From Candidatus Multivoradales bacterium (GTDB taxonomy: Bacteria > Acidobacteriota > Thermoanaerobaculia > Multivoradales > JAHEKO01), in the NCBI GenBank assembly GCA_965223155.1, contig CBDCVR010000014.1, forward strand, positions 832,001 to 896,000: 64,000 bases of DNA, written 5' to 3'. The number at the start of each line of letters is the position of its first letter. Positions within the stretch are counted from its first letter, which is position 1. Positions 40,949-49,756 of the stretch are shown one piece after another. The translations under genes and the position numbers were made by a program. Below the pieces are notes generated by a model. That model was not told the DNA's origin, did no database searches, and worked only from the letters and a program-made list of their open reading frames with translations.

Positions 40949-41608
40949 TCACGTGCCGGGCGCGGCAACCGGTGGCGGCAGCAGTGCGTCGGCTCGAGCC
41001 CGAATCATCGCCCGCGCCTCGGCGAGCGCTCGGAGCGTACGGTCCGGAAGCTCGGGGACGCCGACCCGGCGCATGACCTGGTTCAACCGGAACAGGAGCC
41101 GCTCGTCGTCGGCGTAGTCGCGTAGAAACTCGGAGCTCCGGAGGCGGCTAAGAAACGGCGCGAGCCGCGTGGACGCACCGGCCACCCGATCCAGAGCCCC
41201 CTCCACGGCCTCGACGTCGAGCGTGGCGAGGCCGGCATAGTAGTCGTCCACCAGCCCGGGCTCACGCCGCGCCAGGGCGCTGTCCAGGAGCACCTCGACC
41301 GCGACGTGGCCGAAGAAGCTCAAGCGATGGCGGCCGTCGCGGCCGACGACAGCCCGCAGGAGAGCCGTGACCTCGCGGCTGGTCTCGACGAAGACGGGGT
41401 TGCGGTGAAACCAGCGATCGTCGTCCAAGTGCCGGCGGATCCCGGCGGCCAGCTCGACGTCCGCCGGTGAGGCCGGGGCAAACGCATTCACCTCGGCTTC
41501 GCGGATCCGGAGCTTGCGGTTTACGACCGAAAGCCAATCGGGCGCGGCCGTCCCCGCCAGGAACCAGGGACGATTGACGAACCGATAGCCGTGGCCGAGA
41601 TAGTTCAT
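40949..41608 (-). CDS. Hypothetical protein, AcpH/ACP phosphodiesterase-like
   Basis: MNYLGH...AAPD...GIRRHLDDDRWFH...HVAVEVLLD metal-ligand pattern. Confidence 0.65.
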   Translation of the reverse strand: MNYLGHGYRFVNRPWFLAGTAAPDWLSVVNRKLRIREAEVNAFAPASPADVELAAGIRRHLDDDRWFHRNPVFVETSREVTALLRAVVGRDGRHRLSFFGHVAVEVLLDSALARREPGLVDDYYAGLATLDVEAVEGALDRVAGASTRLAPFLSRLRSSEFLRDYADDERLLFRLNQVMRRVGVPELPDRTLRALAEARAMIRARADALLPPPVAAPGT

Positions 41609-41660
41609 GGCGGACCGAGGCTACCGGACAACTTGGCAGCACCCTACGCCAAGCGGGGCG

Positions 41661-42038
41661 CTAGGCCGAGGCGGATTCGAAGATCTCCCGGATCAAGGTT
41701 GCGTCGTAAAAGGACCGGATCTCCTGGATCCGTCCCTCCTCGACCCGGATCCAGTCCACAGTCTCGACCACTCCCCGGGGCGTCCGATTCTCGAACCGGA
41801 CGGCCGCCGTCGAACCGCTGACGATGGTCTCCAGCACCACGATCTCGGCAACGCTCTTGCGAGCCATCGGCTCGACCGTATCGAGATACGATTCCCGGCC
41901 TTCGAAGCTCCCGAACGGGCTCGTATGGACAAAGTCCGGCGCCAGGTTCCGGCGGAGCCAGTCCATGTCGTACCGACGCCAGGCATCGAACCAGCCGGCG
42001 GCGAGCTCGGCGGTGCGTTCTCTCGAAGGTGCCCTCAT
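41661..42038 (-). CDS. SnoaL-like/NTF2 domain protein
   Basis: WFDAW...LAPDFVHTSPFG...GRIQEIRSFYD. Confidence 0.85.
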   Translation of the reverse strand: MRAPSRERTAELAAGWFDAWRRYDMDWLRRNLAPDFVHTSPFGSFEGRESYLDTVEPMARKSVAEIVVLETIVSGSTAAVRFENRTPRGVVETVDWIRVEEGRIQEIRSFYDATLIREIFESASA

Positions 42039-42226
42039 CGTGTTCCCGCCCACCACGCGTCTGAGACGCCCGGTGGCGGCCTTGAGCGAGACTCTAGCCG
42101 ATTGGACCCGCCCGCGGCCCGAGAGCTGGTCTTCAGCCGGGCCGCGGCCCCTCGAGCTCGGGGGGTTCTGCGCCGATCCCGGCGGCGGCTACAATCATCT
42201 CCTCACAGCTCAAGGAACCGCAGACG

Positions 42227-43312
42227 ATGGAATTCTTCGAAAACACCTTCTACGGCAACACGGTCGGCGAGTGGAGTCTGTGCTTCGCCACGATCCTGGG
42301 CGCGTTTCTCGTCGGCAAGGCGCTCTACTGGTTCACGACAACGGTCGTTCGCCGCGTGACCCGCAAGACCGAGACCCGGCTCGACGACATTGTCATCGAC
42401 ATGGTCGAAGAGCCAATCGTCTTCGCTGTCACCATCACCGGCATCTGGTACGGATTGCGCCAACTGTCTCTTTCCGATCGGGCCACAGAATGGGTGGGCG
42501 AAGGCCTACAGGTCCTTATCACGCTGGCCATCACCTGGCTCATCGCCCGCCTGCTGGAGGCCCTGTACCGCGAGTACCTAACGCCCCTGGCCGAAGCTTC
42601 GGAGACGGATCTCGACGACCAACTTCTGCCGATCCTCAACCGAGGCACCAAGATCGGGGTCTGGAGTCTGGGCATCATCGTCGCGCTCAACAATGCAGGC
42701 TACAACGTCGGCGCCATCCTCGCCGGATTGGGCATCGGCGGCCTGGCCCTGGCCATGGCGGCCAAGGACACCGTCTCGAACATGTTCGGAGGGGTCACGA
42801 TCTTCACCGACCAGCCGTTCATGATCAACGAGCGGATCAAGATTGAAGGTTTCGATGGCGTGGTCAAAGAGATCGGCATGCGGTCCACCCGGCTGGTCAC
42901 CGTCGAGGGCCGCCTGGTGACCATCCCGAACTCCATCTTCGCGGCTTCGCCGGTCGAGAACGTCAGCCGCGAGCCCTCGCGTCTGGTGATTCTGGATCTG
43001 GGCCTTACCTACGACACGCCCCCGGAGAAGATGCGCGAAGCGGTGGCAATCGTCGAGGCAATCATCCAAGACAGCCCGAACCTCGAAGACAAGCGGGTCG
43101 TCTCCTTCAACAACTTCGGTGATTTTGCCCTCAACATCTACATCCGTTACTTCATCCGCAAAGGCGCCGACATCTGGGCGATCAAGAGCGAGGTGAGCCT
43201 CGCGATCATGGAACGTTTCGCGGCCGCCGGCCTCGAGATGGCCTACCCCACCCAGACGATCTTCACCCACAGCGCCGACGCGGAAGCCGGCCCCGAAGGC
43301 TTGCAGGCCTGA
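42227..43312 (+). CDS. MscS mechanosensitive channel
   Basis: AGLGIGGLALAMAAKDTVSN, G.VKEIGMRSTR, IPNS, MAYPTQ. Confidence 0.95.
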   Translation: MEFFENTFYGNTVGEWSLCFATILGAFLVGKALYWFTTTVVRRVTRKTETRLDDIVIDMVEEPIVFAVTITGIWYGLRQLSLSDRATEWVGEGLQVLITLAITWLIARLLEALYREYLTPLAEASETDLDDQLLPILNRGTKIGVWSLGIIVALNNAGYNVGAILAGLGIGGLALAMAAKDTVSNMFGGVTIFTDQPFMINERIKIEGFDGVVKEIGMRSTRLVTVEGRLVTIPNSIFAASPVENVSREPSRLVILDLGLTYDTPPEKMREAVAIVEAIIQDSPNLEDKRVVSFNNFGDFALNIYIRYFIRKGADIWAIKSEVSLAIMERFAAAGLEMAYPTQTIFTHSADAEAGPEGLQA

Positions 43313-43337
43313 GCCCGGCCACCGGATACCGACCCAA

Positions 43338-43940
43338 GTGATCGACACGATTCGCTACGGCCTGGCTCTGATGCTGCTCGTGACCCTGCCGTCGGCGGTC
43401 CTCTTCTGGTACCTGATCCATCCGCTGACCGACTTCTGGAAACGGATCGGGATGACCTGGACCTATGTGACGATGGCCGTCCTCGGGATCGGCCTCGCCG
43501 TGGCCCTGTGGCAGGTCCGAGAACCGATGACCGCGATTCGCTACCCGTTCCGATGGCCGCTGGCGGTTGCCGGCCTGGCCTTGTACGGCCTCGCCGCCGC
43601 CATCGAGGTCGCCTGCCGCAAGCATCTCAAGACCAGGATTCTGGTGGGCGCGCCCCAGCTCGGCGGCGACCCGACTCCGCTCCTGACCGAGGGGATCTAC
43701 GCCAAGACCCGCAATCCCCGATACCTGGGACTCATCATCGCGGTCTTCGGCCTGGCTCTCATCGCCCAGTACGCTAGCGTCTATCTGCTGGCGATCCTCT
43801 TCGTGCCGGCGCTCTATCTCGTCATCCTCCTGGAAGAACACGAGCTCGAACGGCGCTTCGGCCTGGAGTACCGTGAGTACCTGAAGACGGTTCCTCGCCT
43901 GTGGCCGAGGCTGGCGCCTCGCGCGCCGGACACCGCCTAG
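43338..43940 (+). CDS. Isoprenylcysteine carboxyl/phospholipid methyltransferase-family membrane protein
   Basis: LLTEGIYAKTRNPRYLG, EEHELERRFGLEYREY...VPR. Confidence 0.88.
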   Translation: MIDTIRYGLALMLLVTLPSAVLFWYLIHPLTDFWKRIGMTWTYVTMAVLGIGLAVALWQVREPMTAIRYPFRWPLAVAGLALYGLAAAIEVACRKHLKTRILVGAPQLGGDPTPLLTEGIYAKTRNPRYLGLIIAVFGLALIAQYASVYLLAILFVPALYLVILLEEHELERRFGLEYREYLKTVPRLWPRLAPRAPDTA

Positions 43941-43967
43941 CTAGATCCGCGGATTGCGGTCCGGCGC

Positions 43968-43996
43968 TTGACATATTTCGATCTTTAGCTAAACAT
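43968..43996 (+). promoter_or_regulatory. TTGACA promoter with overlapping ArsR/SdpR-type operator
   Basis: TTGACA 43968-43973; imperfect inverted repeat TATTTCG...CTAAACA; ATG at 44003. Confidence 0.6.
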
Positions 43997-44002
43997 GGAA
44001 CA

Positions 44003-44320
44003 ATGAACAAGGTCTTCAAGGCCCTCGCCGACCCAACCCGCCGCCGCGTTCTCGAGCTCCTGCGCGAAGGACCTAAGACAGCAGGCGAGCTGTCGGACGA
44101 GTTTCCGGTCTCGAAGCCCACGATGTCGGCTCACTTCGGAGTCCTCCGGGACGCCGACCTGGTCGCCACCGAGCGGCACGGCACCAGCATCCTCTACCGC
44201 CTCAAGATGTCGGTTCTGGAGGACGCCCTTCTCGCCTTCGCTCAGGCCGTCGGCGCAGCCAACCTCGCACCCAACGTCCCGGAGTCTCCACAGGCCAGAG
44301 AACGAAAGGAAACATCATGA
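44003..44320 (+). CDS. ArsR-family repressor (SdpR-like)
   Basis: MNKVFKALADPTRRRVLELLR...SKPTMSAHF..L. Confidence 0.92.
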   Translation: MNKVFKALADPTRRRVLELLREGPKTAGELSDEFPVSKPTMSAHFGVLRDADLVATERHGTSILYRLKMSVLEDALLAFAQAVGAANLAPNVPESPQARERKETS

Positions 44321-44715
44321 AACTTCGCAACGCCCTGCTCCTTGCCGCCGGATTCCTCGCCCTGTCCTTCGCCGTCTCCCGCGCCTCGAGCGCCGGCGTC
44401 CTCGACGGCACCACCGCCAGACGCCTGGTCCAGATCGCCACGGGCCTCATCGTCGTCTACACCAGCAACCTGGCACCGAAGACGCTCGAGCCGCTGTCCG
44501 CGCGGTGCAGTCCCGCCCGGGCTCAGGCCGTGAAGCGCTTCAGCGCCTGGGCCCTGGTAGTGGGCGGCCTCGGCTACAGCCTGACCTGGCTCTTCGCGCC
44601 CATCGACGTCGCCAGGCCGGTCTCGATCGGAATCCTGGCATCGGCCCTCCTGCTCGTCCTGGGCCGGTGCGCGTGGACCCTGGCGACGCGGAATCGTTCC
44701 TCGGCCGAGACCTAG
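44317..44715 (+). CDS. Small 4-TM membrane protein (SdpI-like partner)
   Basis: ATGA overlap with the repressor; hydrophobic helices; N.APK motif. Confidence 0.7.
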   Translation: MKLRNALLLAAGFLALSFAVSRASSAGVLDGTTARRLVQIATGLIVVYTSNLAPKTLEPLSARCSPARAQAVKRFSAWALVVGGLGYSLTWLFAPIDVARPVSIGILASALLLVLGRCAWTLATRNRSSAET

Positions 44716-44828
44716 TCCCAGCCGGATCGGTCCGAGCAGGCGCGCGCGGCGGACCGCATTTCTCGTCCGCAGGCAGCTCTCCGGTCCGCCTGCGCGACGC
44801 CCGAAACGGCGCCAAATGTTTTGCTACC

Positions 44829-45332
44829 ATGCCTCGGGTGGGGACGCCGAAGATCAGTGTCGTCATCGTCGCCTACGATATGCCGCCTCAGATCGCCCGC
44901 ACCCTCCGGTCCTTTGCGGCGACCTACCAACGCGGCGTAGGCGCCGATGACTACGAGGTGATCGTCGTGGACAACGGTTCGCCGACGCCAATCCAGAGCG
45001 ACTTTGTCCGCGCGTTCGGACCGAATTTCCGTTGCCTGAGAGTCGAGAACCCCCGACCCTCGCCGGTTGGCGCGATCAACGAAGGGGCCGCGCAAAGCCG
45101 CGGCGAGATCCTGGGTCTGGTCCTGGACGGCGCACGCCTCGCCACCCCAGGGCTGCTCAAGTACGCGAACCTCGCGTTCTCGATGCACGAAGACCCGACC
45201 GTCGCTACGCTCGCCTGGCATCTGGGACCGGCTCCCCAACAGGACTCCTACTTGACCGGCTTCGACTCCGAAGTCGAGAAGCGGCTGCTCGCCGGAATCT
45301 CTTGGCGACCCACGGCATCAGCGGCCAAGTGA
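44829..45332 (+). pseudogene. Truncated family 2 glycosyltransferase (N-terminal half)
   Basis: ISVVIVAYDM, YEVIVVDNGS, AIN.G; family-like sequence ends at GISW (~45305), then a premature stop. Confidence 0.7.
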
Positions 45333-45736
45333 TCTCGATCGATGTCGAACCGCTCGTCGAGTTCTCCGACCCCCGCATCACCTTTCTCGGAGGCGACGCG
45401 CACAGCCTGGGAGAAGTGCTTTCGCAAGACCGGCTCGCGAAGCTGGCACATCCCTGGCTCGTCGTCGAAGACAGCAGCCACCGCTACGAGACATCAATGG
45501 CGGTGCTTCGATTCTTCGACGAGTGGCTCGTCTCGGGCGACTATCTCGTAGTTGAGGACGGCATCCTGTCCCAGTTCTCGGACCCGATGTACGAGAGGTA
45601 CGAAGACGGACCCAACCGAGCGGTAGCGGCCTTCCTGGAGAGCCATCCGGGCCGATACGAGATCGACGAAGAGCTCTGCGACCACTATGGCTACAACGCC
45701 ACCTTCAATCCCAACGGTTGGCTGCGACGCCGATAG
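45300..45736 (+). pseudogene. C-terminal half of a CmcI (cephalosporin hydroxylase)-family methyltransferase
   Basis: GQVISID, ITFLGGD, LVVEDSSH, GDYLVVEDG, GPNRAV, TFNPNGWLRR; the N-terminal IEIG SAM motif is missing. Confidence 0.75.
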
Positions 45737-45988
45737 TCGCATTTGGCCGATTCTCGTTACCGGGACGCCGTCAGCCTGGCCGCTGGTTGCGCCCCACCAG
45801 CCCCAGGTCCCGAGTCCCAGAACCACGACCGCGGCCAGGACCGTCCCGCTGGAGTGCCGCGCCGAGAACGGGCAAGTCCGGCAATAGCGCCTGACCTGCT
45901 CCCTTTCTTGCCAGCGCTACTTGTGAGCGTCCCGATGGCGCTCGATTCCAAGTTCTTGAAGCACCTCGACGACCTTGACTGCCTATAA

Positions 45989-46026
45989 GCCGTAGAGTGC
46001 GGCCACGTCCTCCGGCACCTTGGTCA
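45989..46026. repeat. 38-bp exact direct repeat of the cupin gene 3' end (other copy 53087-53124)
   Basis: GCCGTAGAGTGCGGCCACGTCCTCCGGCACCTTGGTCA occurs at both places. Confidence 0.92.
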
Positions 46027-46109
46027 GCGCGCCCGCCAATCACGGCGATGCCGGCAACCGCGACTCATCGAGACGGCACCAGAAGATTCCCAGAAAACAG
46101 AGTTGGAAC

Positions 46110-46138
46110 TTGGCTCTTTATCATAAGCAGGCTATGAT
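46110..46138 (+). promoter_or_regulatory. Promoter TTGGCT-17-TATGAT with inverted repeat ATCATA-N7-TATGAT
   Basis: -10 box 6 nt before ATG 46145; the palindrome overlaps it, as expected for autoregulation. Confidence 0.6.
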
Positions 46139-46144
46139 CTAGCA

Positions 46145-46411
46145 ATGGACAAGAACGTCAAGCAGTACCTCGCCCGCATCGGGCGGCGTGGAGGACGCAA
46201 GAGCCGCCGAAAGCTCGACTCCGACACGGCCCGAGCCATGGTACACGTGCGCGAAGCGCGGCGTGCCTACAGGCGGTTCCATCCTCGGTGTTTCTGGTCC
46301 TTCGACCCCGACTACGTGGTCAACACATCGGATGTGCCTTGGGTGGCAGAGCAGCTCCGCAAACACGGCGGTCGGAAGGAATGGGAGGTCGCGGAAAAGC
46401 TATGCCCCTAA
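46145..46411 (+). CDS. Small basic protein, putative antitoxin
   Basis: 88 aa, GRRGGRKS N-terminus, CFWSFDPD; overlaps the NTase start. Confidence 0.75.
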   Translation: MDKNVKQYLARIGRRGGRKSRRKLDSDTARAMVHVREARRAYRRFHPRCFWSFDPDYVVNTSDVPWVAEQLRKHGGRKEWEVAEKLCP

Positions 46412-47184
46412 CCGAGTACCAAGCCCAGCTGGCTCGGCTCCTCTCCACGAACCGATCTCCCGATTCATTTCTAGCCGGCGGCGCCGCGATCCTGATCGAG
46501 CCTGACTCTCAGCGGTACAGCCGTGACCTCGACTACTTCCACGACTCACCAGCGCGGGTGGCCGAGGCCTTCCGCAACGACCGAGATCTACTCGTCGCAA
46601 ACGGCTATGCAATCGACATGGACCTCAATCAGCCCGGGTTCGTTCGGGCCGTCGTGCGCAAGGGTTCCGAGGCCACGAAGGTGGACTGGGCGCACGATTC
46701 GTCGTTTCGGTTCCTGCCCGCAGTGCGTGACCCGAGGGTGGGCTTTGCCCTGCATCCAATCGACCTCGCCGTCAACAAGATCCTGGCTCTTGCGGGCCGC
46801 GACGAACCGCGAGACGTTCTTGACACCGTGGACTTCCACAAACGGCTTCTGAGCCTGGGGATACTGTGCTGGGCGGCTTGCGGCAAGGATCCGGGTTTCA
46901 GCCCACTTTCACTCCTCGAGCTCCTGCGGCGGCGAGGCCGGGTTCGCCAGGACGACCTGGAGCGACTGAACCTTGCGCGGCAGGTCAACCTCCAAGAACT
47001 GAAACACGGCTGGCTCGAAGCGCTCGAATCGGTCGAGCCGTTCGCGGCCTCGCGGCCACCGGACGAGATCGGCTGCCTCTACTACAGCCCGGCCCAACGG
47101 GCCTTCGTCGATCCCCGCAAAGCGCCGGACGCCGTACCCCACTTCGGCCGCCCCGGCGGCCTCTTGCCACAAGTTCAGCAATAG
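46402..47184 (+). CDS. AbiEii/DUF1814-like nucleotidyltransferase, putative toxin
   Basis: FLAGGAA...RYSRDLDYF, KVDW, NKILALAGRDEPRDVLD. Confidence 0.82.
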   Translation: MPLTEYQAQLARLLSTNRSPDSFLAGGAAILIEPDSQRYSRDLDYFHDSPARVAEAFRNDRDLLVANGYAIDMDLNQPGFVRAVVRKGSEATKVDWAHDSSFRFLPAVRDPRVGFALHPIDLAVNKILALAGRDEPRDVLDTVDFHKRLLSLGILCWAACGKDPGFSPLSLLELLRRRGRVRQDDLERLNLARQVNLQELKHGWLEALESVEPFAASRPPDEIGCLYYSPAQRAFVDPRKAPDAVPHFGRPGGLLPQVQQ

Positions 47185-47390
47185 CGGCCAAGGGCACTCG
47201 GGCTGCAAGGAGACGCTCCTCGCCCACGAGACTCGCGGGGACGCACTGATCTGAGAATCGAGCGACCTTCAAGGTCGGCGAAGCTCATGAGGCGACGCCT
47301 GCAGACGACCAGCAACCGGAGAGGTCGGGCTCGTGCTGCGCCACCACGACGTGCTCGAAGCACCAGTCAGCACGCTAGAATCGCCCGGTC

Positions 47391-49673
47391 TTGATCGGCA
47401 GGAAGCTCGCCCACTATCAAGTGACCGCCAAGCTCGGTGAGGGCGGGATGGGCGAGGTGTTTCGAGCCACGGATACCAAGCTCGGACGCGAGGTAGCGCT
47501 CAAGGTGCTGCCCGAGGCGCTAGCCGAAGACGAGGGACGGCTGGCGCGCTTTCAGCGCGAGGCCAAGACCGTCGCCTCACTCAGTCATCCGAACATCGTC
47601 ACGATCTTCTCGGTCGAAGAGGACCAGGGCCTTCGTTTCCTGACCATGGAGTTAGTAGCCGGCAAGACGCTTTACGAGCTCTTGCCCCCCGACGGCTTTC
47701 CCCTGGACCGCTTGCTCGCCTTGGCGATTCCGATCGCGGATGCGGTCGCTGGAGCGCACGCCTGTGGCGTCGTTCATCGGGATCTGAAGCCCGCCAACGT
47801 GATGGTCGCCGATGAGAGCGATCTCGTGAAGGTGCTCGATTTCGGGCTGGCGAAGCTCACGGCGGCCGGCAACGGCGATCAAGACGATGCTTCGAGTCAG
47901 ATCGAGACCGCGACCCAGACGCAAGAGGGAACGATCGCCGGGACGCCACACTACATGTCTCCAGAGCAAGTTCGTGGCGACCGGATTGATCACAGGACCG
48001 ACATCTTCTCGCTCGGGGTGGTGCTTTTCGAGATGGCGACCGGAAAGCGCCCGTTCGAGGGCACGAGTGCGATCGAGCTCATGTCATCCGTGCTCAAGGA
48101 CCGTCCCCAGAGTCTGACCGAGATCAAGGCCGATCTTCCCAACCACTTGGGTCGAGTCATCGGCAGATGCCTCGAGAAGGCACCGAACGATCGGTATCAA
48201 ACCGCGCGCGACGTCAACAACGAGCTCAAGGCGCTACGTCGAGAGACCGCAGCTGCCACCGAGACCTCGATGGCAAGACCGGCACCCTCGCCCACCCCAG
48301 AAACGAGTAAAGCCGTCGCCGTTCTCCCGTTTGCCAACATGAGCCCCGACGCGCAGGACGAGTTCTTCAGCGATGGCCTCACCGAAGAGCTGATCAACGC
48401 GCTGGCGCGGGTGCCCGGCCTGCGAGTCGCTTCCCGATCGGCGGCCTTCCGCTTCAAGGAATCGAGCCAAGACGTGCGCTCGATTGGAGCCGAGCTAGGC
48501 GTCGGGTCGATCGTCGAGGGGAGTGTTCGCAGGGCTGGCGATCGCGTACGAGTCACGACCCAGCTGGTCGAAACCGGCACCGGCTACCAGGTCTGGTCGG
48601 AGCGCTACGACCGGATTCTGGACGACGTCTTCGCCCTCCAGGACGAGTTGACCGAGACCATCGTCGCCAAGCTTGAGGTGGACCTGACTCCGCTCGCCGC
48701 CGAGTCACGACCCCATCGGGCCAAGAACATCGCCGCCTACGATCTGTTCCTGGAAGGTCGATTCCATCTCGAGCTCCATACTCCGGATGGTTATGCTCGC
48801 GCCGCGGAGCTCTTAGAAAAGGCCAAGACCGCGGATCCCTCGTTCGCTCCGCCCTACGTCTGGCAGGCCTCGACCCTCGTCTACACCGCCAACTTCGGCC
48901 TCGCCCACCCCCGGGAGGTCATGCCGCTCGCCAAGGAGCTCGTGCTCAAGGCCGTCGAGCTGGACGAGAGGTCGGCCGAAGCGCAGATCGCGCTGGCTCT
49001 CGTCGCTCAGTACTGGGACTGGGACTGGGAGGCTACCGAAGCCGCGTACCTCCGGGCCCTGGAGCTGGCTCCCGGAGACTCCGTCACGCGCGCCTGGTAC
49101 GCGATCTTCCTGGCACGCTTCCCGCACCGATGGGACGACTGCAGGCACGAGGCAGTGCGAGCCGTCGAGCTGGACCCGACCGGGTTCGAGACGAACACGG
49201 CCTCTGCCCGGGCGCTTCTGGCAAACGATCTCGACCAGGCCCTAGCCTGTGCCGAAGCCGCAATCCGGTTCTATCCGGACCGCGCAATGTCGTATTTCAC
49301 GATGGGCGCGGTTCGCAACGAGCGGGGCGAATTCGAGGAAGCCCGCGAGAACCTCGAGCATGGCCGGAAGCTCGACCGGGTCTACCCTCTTGGCACCGCC
49401 CATCTGGCACACAGCCTAGGCCGACTCGGCGAAACAGATCGAGCGAAGAGCATCCTGGACGAGATGGTCCTTCCCGGCTCGGACTACCGCCCGGCGCTGT
49501 TTCAGGCTTGGGCCTGGGCCGGAATCGGCGACGTCGACCGAACTCTCGACCTTCTCGAGGAGGCCTTCGAGTGTCGCGACGGCGTGCTCACCTTCGTGCA
49601 CGTCTTGCGCACCTTCCAGCCGATCTGGGACGAGCCCCGCTTCCTCGAGTTGCGGCGGAAGGCCGGCTTCTAG
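47391..49673 (+). CDS. Ser/Thr protein kinase - TolB_N-like - TPR (no TM)
   Basis: [37 protein letters not shown]; AVLPFANMS...FSDGLTEEL; TPRs. Confidence 0.95.
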   Translation: MIGRKLAHYQVTAKLGEGGMGEVFRATDTKLGREVALKVLPEALAEDEGRLARFQREAKTVASLSHPNIVTIFSVEEDQGLRFLTMELVAGKTLYELLPPDGFPLDRLLALAIPIADAVAGAHACGVVHRDLKPANVMVADESDLVKVLDFGLAKLTAAGNGDQDDASSQIETATQTQEGTIAGTPHYMSPEQVRGDRIDHRTDIFSLGVVLFEMATGKRPFEGTSAIELMSSVLKDRPQSLTEIKADLPNHLGRVIGRCLEKAPNDRYQTARDVNNELKALRRETAAATETSMARPAPSPTPETSKAVAVLPFANMSPDAQDEFFSDGLTEELINALARVPGLRVASRSAAFRFKESSQDVRSIGAELGVGSIVEGSVRRAGDRVRVTTQLVETGTGYQVWSERYDRILDDVFALQDELTETIVAKLEVDLTPLAAESRPHRAKNIAAYDLFLEGRFHLELHTPDGYARAAELLEKAKTADPSFAPPYVWQASTLVYTANFGLAHPREVMPLAKELVLKAVELDERSAEAQIALALVAQYWDWDWEATEAAYLRALELAPGDSVTRAWYAIFLARFPHRWDDCRHEAVRAVELDPTGFETNTASARALLANDLDQALACAEAAIRFYPDRAMSYFTMGAVRNERGEFEEARENLEHGRKLDRVYPLGTAHLAHSLGRLGETDRAKSILDEMVLPGSDYRPALFQAWAWAGIGDVDRTLDLLEEAFECRDGVLTFVHVLRTFQPIWDEPRFLELRRKAGF

Positions 49674-49756
49674 ACCCAACCTAGAGCCCGACTCCCGCCT
49701 GGAGTCCCGCAATGCAGCCACGGGACTGCCCGTTGCCGCGTTAAGATCGCTGAGCT

